Below, one piece after another: positions 11,635 to 24,412 of a DNA stretch of 54,249 nt. This DNA is from Catajapyx aquilonaris. Lineage: Eukaryota. Position numbers and translations under genes: made by a program. The DNA lies in the NCBI GenBank assembly GCA_000934665.2, contig JYFJ02002604.1:1-54249 (forward strand). The letters run 5' to 3'. The notes beneath the pieces were generated by a model. The model did not search any database and was not told where the DNA came from. It saw only the letters and a list, made by a program, of their open reading frames with translations. How positions within the stretch are numbered: the stretch's first letter is position 1; each line of letters begins with the position of its first letter.

Positions 11635-13426
11635 GAGCAATTCCACGTAAAAGTAAACATCTGGGACAAAAATTGAAAATGACTTGTTGGCAATGTGTGA
11701 TACGTCGTTGGAATCAGAAAGAACCCAAATTTTGGCTTCTGAAATATATTTTGACATGGAACCTGAACTGGTAAAAGAAATTGCACCTGAATGTGTTACA
11801 TTGTGAATGCGAAGTTGTGCATGAAATCACATGAACTTTGACAGGCTTAAATGGGAACTTAAAATAAAAATAAATCCACTTTTCTTTGCACGGGGCTCAA
11901 GTCGAGGATGAAATGACCGCGTTCCTTGGTGGAGAAGGACAGTCATTCGACATAAATGGTTGATCTTATCATCAAAAGTGGACTCCGCGCGGTGTGTGGG
12001 GTGTAACGAAATAGATAAAAAAGTTTATGACAATGAGTGGGTTTTAGGGCAGTGGTGCTAGTTTTCAATATTCATTGACTAGACACCGTGAGCAATGTCT
12101 CATGTGAATTGGAAGTCATAGAATGCCACCAATTTCTGGCAGCATTGATAAGGAAGTTGTTATGGGGTGTAACGTTACACCCCTCACGTGGCACGGGTAT
12201 GGGGTGCAACATATGCTCTATTCCCGTTTAAATGAAGTAGAGTCGTACATATTGGCACATTATGCTGAAAATTGTCTGATTATCTATACAGTAATATTAT
12301 ACAGGCCTACTGTACGCATGGGTGAGGGAATTCCCCACTCAACACCTTTTACCAATCACCATCCTCTTGCATGACATGACACATTATTCCACCTTCCTCT
12401 TACCCACTCCACTATGCGCGCGCGCACACACACACACACATTATAATGTACTACCCTTGTGAGGATTTTCGAAAAATAAAAATTTAAAACTAACCTAACC
12501 TAACCTAACCTAACCTACAAAAAACACACGAAATTTTGGTGACATATATTTTGACAGTAATATGAGGTATTTTTTCGATATTTCCCTATCCTTGTGAGGA
12601 CTGTGTACCATATGAGGTCCTGAAAAAGTCCTCGTAAGGCAAGAGGTCCTCACAAAGATAGGGAAATATCGAAAAATTCCTCGCAAGGATAGGCAATCTG
12701 ATCACACAAACACACCCAAACACACACTCAGTGAGTGTCCAATCCTAGAGCAGGAAAAACAGGATTAATCCTGCCCTACAGATTTAATCCTCAGTCCAAT
12801 CCTAGAGCAGATGTAATTAGCAGCTCTGAGAGAGGTTCACAGAATTTACGGAGCAAGGTGAGATCTGAGACATGGCAAAAACCAAAGCGAAGTCAGGCGC
12901 CGAAAGATTGAGAGATTGGCGCATGAAAAAGAGACTCGAAGATCCGAAAGTCTACAAGGCGAAGAAGAAGCGGGAGATTTTGTGCGGTTCTCCATTTCCA
13001 AATTCGCACGTTATGGGGTGTAACGTTTTTCATGTTTGGGGTGTAACGACTTCGGATGACTGTTACGTAATGGCCATTGGTCATAAGAGTAAAATATAGT
13101 CATAGAAAGTTAGCCCGAAGCCTATGTGACACGTCTGTGAAAATCACAACTCATTTTACTCACACCAATCACAGGAATTGAAATGAACTCACAGGTCACT
13201 TTTCCTGCTGTACATTTCGCGTTATGGGGTGTAACGGAAGTTTACAGGGCTACAAAACCTTAACAAATTTTTATATTTCATTGAACCTTCACAACTCGAC
13301 AGCTGAACTTGTCTACTAAATGCCCTGTGAAAGTCATGACTTGAAACCCCCGTTTTCCCATTTAAATCTTGCGTCAAAGTTCAAAAATTGTGTGCGATGT
13401 GTGGGGTGTAACATATGGAATTGCTC
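11635..13426. mobile_element. Sola2-like internally deleted DNA transposon
   Basis: GAGCAATTCCA / TGGAATTGCTC TIRs, 4-bp TSD CACT, repeated GGGGTGTAAC motifs, short basic ORF 12872-13099 (AERLRDWR). Confidence 0.7.
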
Positions 13427-13635
13427 CACTGCAAAAATTTCACTCCCTAATTTGACCACACACTCCACATGAAATGTATGTTGATCTTAAAGTGTTATAC
13501 AGTATAGGTTGATGAATTTATTTTTATGGTTTTCTTTTTGAAAGAGAGTTAGCCTATCAAAGGGTTCACAGAGACCAGGCAAGTAAGGGGAGGACGGGTG
13601 TTAGTGTAAGCGTGACAGCCTGTGACATGTTTTAA

Positions 13636-14051
13636 AGGGACACTCCACTCAAAATACAAGTTGGCCCCCAAAAATCGGGCAAAAAATCCTGATTCCGAAT
13701 GTGCAATCGTTTTTTTTCTACGCCCAACGGTAACACGGAAAATCATATATCTACACACGTCGTGTCGCGTCGTCTGCTAAGAAGGGCGATACAACACCAT
13801 CCCGCGGCAAACTGGAGAAGTATAGTGTGCTCAGTAAACACCATGCCGCGCCAGGCGAGCATTGTCTAGTTCCGCCCGGTTCCACTCTGGTGGCGTCGCC
13901 ACCTGCCCCGCGCGCGGTTTTCGAACGACACACTTCCATCTTTCACACTGGCCTTACCGTTCGTCTCTAAGAAAAACTGCTTATACCCTGGGAATCAGGA
14001 TTTTTTGCCCGATTTTTAGAACCCAACTTGTATTTTGAGTGGAGTGTCCCT
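13636..14051. mobile_element. Kolobok-like MITE
   Basis: TTAA|AGGGACACTCCACTCAAAATACAAGTTGG...CCAACTTGTATTTTGAGTGGAGTGTCCCT|TTAA. Confidence 0.82.
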
Positions 14052-14267
14052 TTAAGTATTTTTAAATGTTATGCCTGTTACATGTCAAATGTGGATGCAT
14101 TAGATTTATCATAGTGTAATGTACTCTCTGGACAACCCACAAAGAGTAAAAATATCTGTCAAGTGCTACTAAACCTGGCATTTAAGACTTCTGTGGTGCA
14201 CTTTTGTTATGGTTTTTCTATCCCGCAGTGATGATTGCCATTAAAAATGACTTTCATTATCTCACAG

Positions 14268-14438
14268 AAAGCAAAGAAGAAGCCGATCAAAAAGATAACC
14301 CCTAAGGACCTGGGTATGGATACCACACCTAGAATTGAAATCCTGAGTGTGGAGGACCCCCCAGTGAGAGAAGCTGGGAGCAAAGTTCAAGATGTGGATG
14401 AGCTTATCTCGAAACTCAAAGCAGCAGGACATGTCTAA
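14268..14438 (+). CDS. ETFB: ETFB terminal coding exon
   Basis: cacag|AAA GCA AAG; KAKKKPIKKITPKDLG...VEDPPVREAGSKVQDVDELISKLK, phase 0 matches preceding exon; TAA stop. Confidence 0.95.
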   Translation, partial: KAKKKPIKKITPKDLGMDTTPRIEILSVEDPPVREAGSKVQDVDELISKLKAAGHV

Positions 14439-14954
14439 ATGAATGGGGACAACACAATATTATGGACGTCATGCATTTTTTGTGTGCAGGTCTATCAGCT
14501 AGCTATTCTGAGACTGGGGAAAGAGATATTGTGTAAGCTACTCTGCATACCCAGAGTTGGCGCCATCTTAATTCTGTCCTACATAGTGTACAGAGTTATC
14601 ACTGTGAATCCCAACAAATTATGATGCCCTTTATGTTAATTATCACATAATACAGAAGTATGGTATGTATATCTGCGATTTGCATAAATATATATGTCCA
14701 AATGTAAATCAGATGCTTATAACTAATATAAGTGCCTGGCACTCATGATACCTGCCAAAAACATTTAATACTGGCAGCACAGGGGTCAAGTTTTGGGTAT
14801 GCTGAGTACTGATGAACTACAGGGTAAGATTCTGGGTATGGTTATATTTGCAACAATTTGGGTAGTCAGGCCAGGTATATGACAAGAATAAAAAATTTTG
14901 CAGTTTGATTTCAGTCTTGATACACTCTTGATTTAATCCAAGTTGGAAGTGGGG

Positions 14955-15199
14955 TCAGTTAGGCTTAAGCACGTGCCAGTCAAAACCAGCATTTCCATGG
15001 TTGCTGAAAGTTGGCACAGGTGGTTCAACTAGTTTCCATTCCCTGCCAGATAATTGTTCCTGCATGACAGCCATGCTGCAGTAAGGGATGCGATGCAAAA
15101 TTCGAGTGAGGTCATCGTGGGTGCGTGGAGCATGGCCAGTCATTTGGCGGGTGCAAGTGTCGAGAGTTGCAGCATGTCCAACTACTAGAACGTTTCCAG
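14955..15199 (-). CDS. Histidine phosphatase (Sts/UBASH3/ecdysteroid-phosphate phosphatase-like), terminal exon
   Basis: Minus-strand acceptor ttcccacag|CT; (A)GNVLVVGHAATLDTCTRQMTG...IPYCSMA...WKLVEPPVPTFSNHGN, including the second catalytic His (VGHA). Confidence 0.9.
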
Positions 15200-16139
15200 C
15201 TGTGGGAAATGAGAAAAGGGATCACAATGAACATATTTATTAAATCTAGTGGTATTATAGGGTTGCCTCAAATTTTTTTTTTTCGGAAAGATAGCAAAGA
15301 ATAGTGCACATGATGGAATTGCCAAGGCAAGAAGCAAAGCTGTACTTTTGTAACTGGACAATGACACTGTTGTTAGTAATGCTACTATACACACAAACCT
15401 TTTACAAGTGTGCTGAACTTGCCAAGTAATTCTCCCTTTTCCCAACTTCAGGTTGTGCCAGAAACTCTGGAACTTTCACACTTAAATGCCAAGCTATTTG
15501 CAGATCATGATACTAATGATGTACAGTACCAGGTAGTTCATGCCAAATCATCAGACAGTTCTCTGGTTTTCCCCAAGCCTGAAAATTAGGCCTTCCCCAC
15601 CCCACATTCTCCAGTAAAGCTCCATTGCCACTCTTGGCCACACGGATTATTATAGTACCCCTTTAGAAAGGAAAATGTCTCTTAATAACCATCAAAGACA
15701 GAATATAGTCTGCTTTCAATTAGAGATTGTGGTGATGTCAAAAGCAAAGCTTATTATGTGGAAAGAGTTACCATGGTTTCTCTTCTTGTTCACATGAGCT
15801 TTATTTGGGTTTTCCTATTTCCTCAGTCAAAAAAAGAAAACCAACTTTCTCTCTCCTTACCCATTTCTCACTCCTCCAATAAACCAAATCAGACATACAG
15901 AGCTGTTTCATAGTAAAGTAAGGATAACCTGCTGGGTGGAGGCATTGCTACTCATCTGATGCTTACATAGGGATTTTGTGGTTAAGGTGACACATACACG
16001 TGCATAGAAGTGACTTGCGTAAAATATGAGGGTCATTCAGATGAAAATGAGAGACAGCCATATAGAAAGTTTCTGGACAATATTATGTTTGTCGTGACCT
16101 CTTATACACTAAGTGAAAGCCATACCGGTGTATTATTCT

Positions 16140-16206
16140 ACTTATTGTTATTATTATTGTTATTATTATTATTATTATTGTTATTATTATTATTACTATT
16201 ATTATT
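16140..16206. repeat. (TTA)n microsatellite
   Basis: Direct reading. Confidence 0.9.
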
Positions 16207-16208
16207 AA

Positions 16209-17085
16209 CCCTGTAGCAGGCATTGTTGCCTGAGGGCAACAATTAATTTGAGCAGGCGCCATAAGCTTCAACATTGGTCCTGGAAATCACAGTGTGGCTT
16301 GATATCACAGTTTGTTAGCTTCCGCTAGATGACATGCAATGTCGACAATGATACGATCGGGATACGGTATGAAGCGGAGAGAAGCCAAGGTCGTTGAAAA
16401 TGGCGCGAAATTTGAATTTGCTGAAGCAGCAATTGTTTCTGGAGCTGATTAGATATAGGTGCAGATATTAAATATCCAATTGCATGTGTAACACTGCAAG
16501 AGTAGCTCTCTCGTCGCCATTTGAGGCCATTCTAATTTTGCCAGCACAATTTCATCACAATTTTTTGGCGGCGCAGGCACAATATTGCTTGAGGTTTGAG
16601 TCCTAAGTCATTGTACTATTTTTATTCAAAAACGGAAACATGTACAGATATGACCATTACCACGTTTTAAAGGCCCGGCGATTACAATTTGGACTGGAAT
16701 ATAGATGGCCCCGAGATCTCAAGGGGAGCCGGAAAACGAAAGGGGATCGTGACCCCCCACCCCGAGCTGCATGAGACAGTGGAAGGGTGGGGGTTATGAT
16801 CGCCTTTAGTTTTCTGGTCCCCTTTGCGATATGGATGCCATCTATTTATCAGATGAAATTGTAATCACCGGACCTTCAAAACTTAGCAAAGGTCATCTCT
16901 GTATGTGTTACCATTTTTGAATAAAAAAATACTCTCAATGACTTTTGACTCACCCGGTGTAACTTCAAAGTCATTGGGTCAGAGATGACCAAAACATAAT
17001 AAAAACCATCCTTACGTCGCATATGATGAGAAAAAGGCGTTAGAATTTTTTTCTTCCCACAATCCTAAATGTGTGCAGTACAGGG
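16209..17085 (+). mobile_element. piggyBac-like non-autonomous element, copy 1
   Basis: TTAA|CCCTGTA...TACAGGG|TTAA; highly similar inverted copy at 39096-39960. Confidence 0.9.
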
Positions 17086-17119
17086 TTAATTAATTAATTA
17101 ATTGATTAATTTTATTACC

Positions 17120-17480
17120 CCATTTGAGGGCGGAGCCCTTTTAGGGGGACACAACGACAACAATCAAAAACAAAATGACGTGACATTTAGCACTAAAAAT
17201 GGAAAGAAGAACAGTAACTTACACTGACCAGTGCCCGCTAATAACACTATATTCCTAATCACACATTTCAATCATCTTAATAACATTGTCCAAGAAATTA
17301 CTGAGGTTTAAAGGCCAGATCTTTAGATAAGTCTCCCAAAAGTAAATGAAAGCGGTCTGGTGGATAGGATGGCAGGTTATGCAGAAACAAATATCTCTGA
17401 GTACGAAAGAAAGGGCAGACATAAATTATATGATATGGGGAAAATGGTTCAGTAATGTTACACCACGTACAAGCCTCCAC
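17120..17480 (-). mobile_element. 3' fragment of a LINE (Zn-knuckle remnant)
   Basis: CTWCNITEPFSPYHIIYVCPFF; AT-rich tail. Confidence 0.55.
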
Positions 17481-17514
17481 ATAGTATTAGTATTATTATT
17501 ATTATTATTATTAT

Positions 17515-18227
17515 TATGAAGTTATTGTTCCTTCACTTATGTATGATAGTGAAGCGTGGGTCTCGTCAGATAGGGATAAGAGTAGGGTGTTGGCTACAGA
17601 GATGCGTTATCTCCGTGCTGTTTGTGGGGTTACTAAGTTGGATAGGATTAGGAATGAGGAGATTTTGCAGAGGTGTAATGTTAAGGAGACTGTTAAAGAT
17701 AAGGTGTGTAGGTCTACTCTAAGGTGGTTTGGCCATGTGGAGAGGATGAAGGAGGAGGAGATTGTGAAGAAGGTTTATTTGGGTGGAGTAGTTGGTAAGA
17801 GGGGCAAGGGTAGGCCTAGGAAGATATGGTTGGACCAGGTGGGTCAGTGTCTTAAGGGTGTTGCTAGTGTTAAGCCGAGACGTTCATGCGTCAATAGGAC
17901 CATGGACGTGGCTGAGGCTAGGGTTGTTTGTTTGGATAGGTGTAAATGGCGTAGGTTAATTAACGGGTAAATAGGTCTGAGGATAAGGCTTCCTTTGCTC
18001 CGGCGAGTAGAGGGGATGTCCCTGGCGGGGTCGATGAGGTGCAAGGGTGGTGCCATACACGTCGGCCTGGCCAGGGCATCCAGAGTAGTGGCTGGTGGCG
18101 AGGGGGGGTTGTTTTTAGATTTATTTTCACGAGTTTTAATTATTAGTTCATATGTTGGGTTTAGCTTGCGTCTCCCTTCATCGCTGACTACCCCTCATAG
18201 GGAAATGTCGTGATGATGATGATGATG

Positions 18228-18230
<3 letters not shown>
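17515..18230 (+). mobile_element. 5'-truncated RTE-clade LINE 3' end with microsatellite tail
   Basis: EMRYLRAVCGVTKLDRIRNEEI..LRWFGHVERM..GKRGKGRPRKIWLDQV; (GAT)n tail followed by (AAT)n/(TAG)n; 3'UTR fragment recurs at ~22320-22515. Confidence 0.88.
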
Positions 18231-18296
<66 letters not shown>

Positions 18297-20399
18297 ATTA
18301 TTATTATTATTATATTATTTATATTACCTCTTGCCACCCCTTACAGGGTCTTTGGGGGAATCTGCTCCCAATATACAGATAACACGTCAAAAATACAGTA
18401 CAAAAGTGTACAGCAAACCAGAAACAGAATACAACAGTCAATCAGTGAACATCCATCAATACTGACATAAGTCTTGTATAGAAAGAGCCACCTTGAAAAA
18501 GAAAAAAACATTGACGGCCTGTTCCCTTGTTACACTTGCAAAAGACCATAACAAGCGATCTGGAGGGGAGCATGGAAGTTTAAAATGTGGTGTAGTATTG
18601 TGACACACTGACAGTTGGCCATTCAATCACTCGACACAGTCACAGTGTGCTTTTGTTCAGGACCCCTCCGTGAAAAAGACCCTCCAGTCAGATATGGAAT
18701 CAACGAATGTTGAGAAGCAAGCAGTAATCCATTTTTGAACAGCGGAAAGTGTCATGAGTACATGTATATCTTCCTCACGTGTTAGAGCCTGGAGTAAGCA
18801 GTTTGCTTGCCCTGGCCTCGAATCACCAGTCAACGATGACCGCTTCTCTCTGAATCGCTTACTCCAGGCTCTAACAAGTGAGGAAGACATCCAGTTTTCG
18901 GTTTTGTGTATAAGATGTCATGACAAACCCATCCGGAAATTTGCGATATGGCCATGGCTTGCTTTCATCTGAATGACCCTAATATCTTGTCATGCTTTGG
19001 TGAAACAGGATCCAAGAATTCGGTACTCTAAAACTACAGATTATTATTGCAGTCATAATGAAGGGCACAGGCTACTACAGGACAGGTTGAGATTCTACGC
19101 TTGAGCTCATCCTTTCAGCACTAAGAAATGTCTATGATATGAAGTTACCACACTGTTCTGAAGTTGCAATGTTACTCGTAACATGTGAACTGAGGTTATA
19201 CGTATATGTTAATTAACATTATTTTTCTTTATTTTGCACCACTTCCTGCCTACTAAATCAAACTATAAATTTCTGTTCTGCTGTTGTTAGTTAGCAAGAA
19301 TTTTACTACCAAATTCCCCCCCCCCCCCCCGAAACCTTTTGACAGTGGAGTTTTTGGCAGGATTTTGGGCTGATTTTTTGTTTTCTTTTTTGTACAAAAT
19401 TGGATAATGAATTACAACTTTGCACCAAAATTAATCATTTTAATTCGTGATGGTCCTTTTGAATGTAAAATGCTGGAAGAAATTTATCTACAGGGTGTCC
19501 CAGAAAGATTTTCTTTTTAAATCGTCTGCCTCTCAGGACGTTGATAGGCCTAACAAGTTTGCTCAGTCACTATACACTGTAATTATGGTTACATAATATT
19601 ACCACAATACTATGAGATACTCCCAAGGGTCCAGGCTTTGCCTGTACTGAGGGTGCATGTTTACATAAACAATCGCATGGGAGCAACACGACCTTGGCGT
19701 ATATGACTCAACCTTGTGGCAGCTGGGGGGGGGGGGGGGGNNNNNNNNNGGGGGGGGGGGGAGGGATTCTGGGATTGCTATGGTAGTTGAATCACAATCC
19801 AAGAGACGGCAGGAGCATTTGGAACAGCAAAGTTTGAATTCTCTACGCACATCCTACTGTGCCACATTCAGAAAAGCTCGGGACATATATGATGCATGTA
19901 GGCCTCAAAGGGTTAACCGTGGAACTGTGACATGGGGTCTTTTAGTTTCCCATCCATATTTTAATTTTTATTAATTTTTATATAATACTTCTCAATGTAT
20001 TGACTATATGCAATAATTCTTTGAACAATACCTAAAATGATCGCTAATTCAAAATAAACATGCACTTCCTGTTATATACGTTTTTAAATGGCAAAAGTTC
20101 ATTGTAATTATCATTTTAATGCATTTTAATTCCTTTTGGGTCCTAAAAGACCCCATGTCATGGTTTCAGTGTTAAAGCACATGTTATTAAATTTCTAACT
20201 TTTTTGGGTCAATGATCACCTGCCATTTGAGTTGCAATTTAATTTGGGATTCTCCACACATGTGGGAATATCACAAGCATTCATAAATATTGAACCTCGA
20301 ACATAAGCGTCGATGAGCAGGGATCTCTTTTTTTCCTTACCATTATATCAAACATTATGTGTAATTTAAATGCTCGAAGTTGACCAGAACTTGACTTGC

Positions 20400-20867
20400 C
20401 TCCATTAGCATTAGTGTATTCCGTGACACTGCGAGTGACGTAGAAGCTCCTCATGTAGTACTTCTCAATCTTCTCAACGCGATCAAGAATTTCATGTGGA
20501 GAGAGGAAAGGCTTATGATTTTTCTCTATGTTGAACCCAGCAGTGAGGAGCTCAGCCTCTGTCATCCAAATTGGCATGCCAGTCTGATACCAGTTCAGCC
20601 ACTCAAACAGACCAGGCTCTATCTTTATGGGTGTGTGCAGCTGCCCCAGACCTTTCAGGATGTAGTGGCAGGTCTCAATGCACCTTAGAGCTGGAGAAGA
20701 ATAGGCATGGCTCACAGTCAAACCCCGATGTTTTAGTCCCTCTCCAATGAGGACTGATGTGAAAGTCCCTAGCTGAGTTAGTGGACCATCCATGTAGAAA
20801 GAATGTGGGGAACTCCGACGAGCTGGCAGGGTTGGTGGCATGTTCAAGTCACGTTGGGTGTACGTTC
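20400..20867 (-). CDS. Sts/UBASH3/EPPase-like phosphatase, middle exon
   Basis: cctcag|GA; TYTQRDLNMPPTLPAR...DGPLTQLG...YSSPALRCIET...IKIEPGLFEWL are family motifs; 3' end at AG|GCAAGT (GC donor) gives the required phase 1. Confidence 0.9.
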
Positions 20868-21140
20868 CTGAGGAATAGGTCAGATATTTTTTTGTTTCTG
20901 CTTTTTTGTTTTAATAGATTAACAACTTGCATTATCAAAGAGCAAGAGAGAGACTATACAATTCACAGAAGAGGTGGTTTGGTTTTTTCTTAGGTTTTTC
21001 TGAATCCCTGCTATAGGGATAGTAGAGAAAAAAATTACACTGCTTGGCAATATATTGCTAGAATATTTTGGCATAACTATTGGTGGACACTCCAGGAAAA
21101 GCAATGTAGCCTACCATAAGTAGAGGCACTATGATATCTA

Positions 21141-21563
21141 CAGGGTGATTCCGTTAACTTTGGCAAAAATCACATGGTGGGTAGAGGCCCCATGGGCAAG
21201 TATTTTGAGCTTCGTACCTATGTCCGGAAATGCCCCCATATGGGGGTACGGCCGTTTCCACCTTTGGTCTGTTGCGCCTGGTGGGTAGGGAACCCACTGT
21301 ACTCAAAACTTGCATTCATCAGGTGTGTCGCGTGTGGAGGAGACGAAGGTGAAAACAATTGCGAGCGTCAAGTGCAAAACCTGATAAACGCAACCTTCGA
21401 GTACGATGGGTTGCCTACCCACCAGGCGTAACATACTAAAGGTGGAAACGGTCGTACCCCCATATGGGGGCATTTCCGGACATGGGTACAGAAGCTCAAA
21501 ATACTTGCCTATGGGGCCTCTACCCACCCTGTGATTTTTGCCAAAGTTACCGGAATCACCCTG
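21141..21563. mobile_element. Tc1/mariner-type MITE (~130-bp TIRs)
   Basis: TA|CAGGGTGATTCCG...CGGAATCACCCTG|TA. Confidence 0.88.
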
Positions 21564-22534
21564 TATATTGATACACTTACATCCGGGATTCCTTGCCATG
21601 GAAAGGATCAGGACAGCAAATTATAAGCAGGGTACCTGGAGAGCATCATGGTGTCTTGGTTTAGTTTGGTTTATTAGGAAGGAGCCAAAGCAACTATGGC
21701 TATCTGGGTATAAGCATAAGATGCAAAGGTGGGACAGACATAGACAGAAACAAAGAGGAAAAAGAGAAGACAGACTGATATCTCTCTTAGTCTGTCTCCT
21801 ACCTGAGTCTGAAGCAGTGGTTTCCTCTGTGCAATACATCTTCTGAGAGTGTCCCAGGTATCTTCTGAGGAATTCAAGTCTAGGGAATATACACAGGGCA
21901 TTCCATGCACTCCATATCCTCACTCTCCAGTACGGTACCTAAGCAATTCAAGCAGTCCCATTGGGCAAGTATTGTCAGCCATAAACACAAAGGTCCATTG
22001 CTCCACAGAGAAGACAGGCATGACCCTCCAGAATTTTAATGCAGTACTGTTCTCCCATGACCAACCCTTTTGTGAAGACATGCAGTATAGTGATCCCCCC
22101 CAATACCATGACACCAGAACCATAATTGTCAACTTTCTGTTCTTGGTCACACGTTCCCTGGTGGAGTTGACAATTTATGGTCCTATAGTGTCATAGTATG
22201 GGTGGGTATTTTGATTAACCCTGGAACCATGACGTGCTTGAAAGTTATGTTAACCACGACGTGGGATCTTTTAGGACCCCATCCATATTTTAATTTTTAT
22301 TAATAAATATTAATCAGTCTGGAGTAGTGGCTGGTGGCGAGGGGGGGGGGACACAGGACTTGATTTGGCGAAGTACCGCATTGCATAGTGTAATATTTAA
22401 ATTTAATATTCAGTGTCTGTCGTCTGAGATGGGCAGGGGTGGGGGGTGGGACGGGTTGTTTATAGGTTTATTTTCACAAGTTTTAATTTAGTTCATATAT
22501 GTTGGGTTAGCTTGTATAGGCCTCAAAGGGTTAA

Positions 22535-22815
22535 CCCTGGAACCGTGACGTGCCTGAAAGTTATGGCAACCGTGACATGGGGTCTTTTAGGACCCCATCC
22601 ATATTTTAATTTTTATTAATTATTATATAATACTTTTCAATGTATTGACTATATGCAATAATTCTTTGAGCAATGCCTAAAATGATTGCTAATTCAAAAT
22701 AAACATGCACTTCCTGTTATATCCTTTTTAAATGGCAAAAATTTATTGTAATTATCATTTTAATGCATTTTAATTCCTTTGGGGTCCCAGAAGATCCCAT
22801 GTCATGGTTCCAGGG
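22535..22815. mobile_element. piggyBac-like MITE (other copies ~19917-20171 and partial ~22219-22310)
   Basis: TTAA|CCCTGGAACC...GGTTCCAGGG|TTAA. Confidence 0.85.
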
Positions 22816-23186
22816 TTAATGGAAGAACACCACTGCATATCTCTGTAACTAGGCTGCTGATACCAAATGACACCTCTACATAAAGTATTCTTCTGGCTCG
22901 CTTGGGGTCATCCTAAGAGTTTGTCGACAATATCTTTCTGAACCACCCTGTATATTGTACATTGCTCTTCCTGGATCAGTGTCCACCAATAGTCATGCCA
23001 AATAACATTACTGTTACCTAGCAATTCTCAAGCGGTGTATTTTTTGGTAGGGTTCTGTAAAAGTGCAATGGCCCTTCAGATATCCTATCTGCCATACCTA
23101 GTAGCATTTAAAAATATTTCAACAACCTGAGGTTCCTAGATGCAAGTCAAGATGTGGATAAGTTGTTGTACGCTTAACGCTTATAC

Positions 23187-23322
23187 CTGATTTGTTGAAG
23201 CACTGGGGTATCCAGTCTCCAAAAGCAAAGTCCATCCGCTCCCCATGCCTCACCACAAACACACTTCGCCTGTGATGGCCGTCCAGGTTGTTGTGTACCG
23301 TGGTGCCTCCAGTCGGATGCAT
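23187..23322 (-). CDS. Sts/UBASH3/EPPase-like phosphatase, exon containing the RHGE catalytic motif (5' boundary uncertain; may extend to 23373)
   Basis: RRSVFVVRHGERMDFAFGDWIPQCF; donor TCAG|gtataa, phase 1 matches next exon; CDS from ATG 23322 = 282 aa. Confidence 0.88.
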
Positions 23323-24412
23323 ATTTGTCTCCAGTTGTATATTAGCACAAAAAATTTTGGACTGATTTCCAAACTACCTAGTAAATAATATAGCTCTTCT
23401 GTTGCTGTTACTACACAACAGTATATATCAACAGGTCCAGAATGCCAAAAGGTTATATAGCCTAACTTGTGCACCTGGTTCAGTTAGCACTTCCTTGCAC
23501 TTAACTTCTTGTTTTTAAACAGTTAAATAATAGGCCTACTCTTCAACAGTCACTTTAATTGGCTATCAATATATTTGATTCTATATCAGTTTCAGTATTA
23601 ATTCTGGCCCTGAGCTGAAAAAGAAAGGACATGATTATAGCCTATGGATGCAACCTCGCTCCTGAACCTAGAGAACTCCAAATTTGAGCCAACTCTATTC
23701 TTGCTACTAGTGTACCGTACCAAACAAATAAGCTTTATTCTGTCAAATTTCATCAATCAAAAATATGGAATTTTATGAAGTAAAATTATATATGGTATAA
23801 TAGGAGCTGAGCCATAATGCCATCCCACATGTCTTTCTTTTTATTATGACATTTTGCATAGCATGACCTACTCAGCATGAACTCTGGGATGGGCAGTCAA
23901 AATTTCGGACATTCTTCATTCATACCAATATTTTTGGCAAAATATCATCTGGGTTTTAAAAAAATAGACGGTGTGTTACCATGCGATAGCACAAAGATGA
24001 GCCAGGTTCCTTTTGAAGGCTGTCCCCGGAGCAGGCGCGGGGTCTCCTCCCACAAGGCTTCCTGGCCGTAATTAAGTGTTCATTTTAATACGACGAACCT
24101 CCATCCTCTCCCGGCCTGGGGATAGATGACAAAAGGAGGAAGGAACTTGGTATATGGATGTAAGCGTGACCGTTATACTCGATTTTCCAACCAAGAATAA
24201 CCAATGCAATTTTTAAATTATCGGAGTAATCTCAGCAGAATTTCATAATAATGTTATACTGTCCATTGTTGTCAATGCAAAAAGTCAAGCCCGGATTTTT
24301 TTTATTTTTTAAGAGAGACAAAAACGAATGTAACTAACCAGTGTGCGCACTTGCTGAATGAGGCCTCCGTGATGTCGTTGCACGCTGCCGCTGTTTGCAT
24401 TAAGCGGCATAC

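Noticed and set aside
12490..12517. Telomere or chromosome-end signal
   Set aside because: Only about five TAACC units, internal to a small repeat element
16010..18470. Poly-Leu, poly-Ile and poly-Val ORFs
   Set aside because: Translations of (TTA)n, (AAT)n and (TAG)n microsatellites
19725..19765. Long G/C runs with Ns (also ~1913, 7757, 49452, 52697) as G-quadruplex elements
   Set aside because: Lengths are unreliable; typical homopolymer assembly gaps
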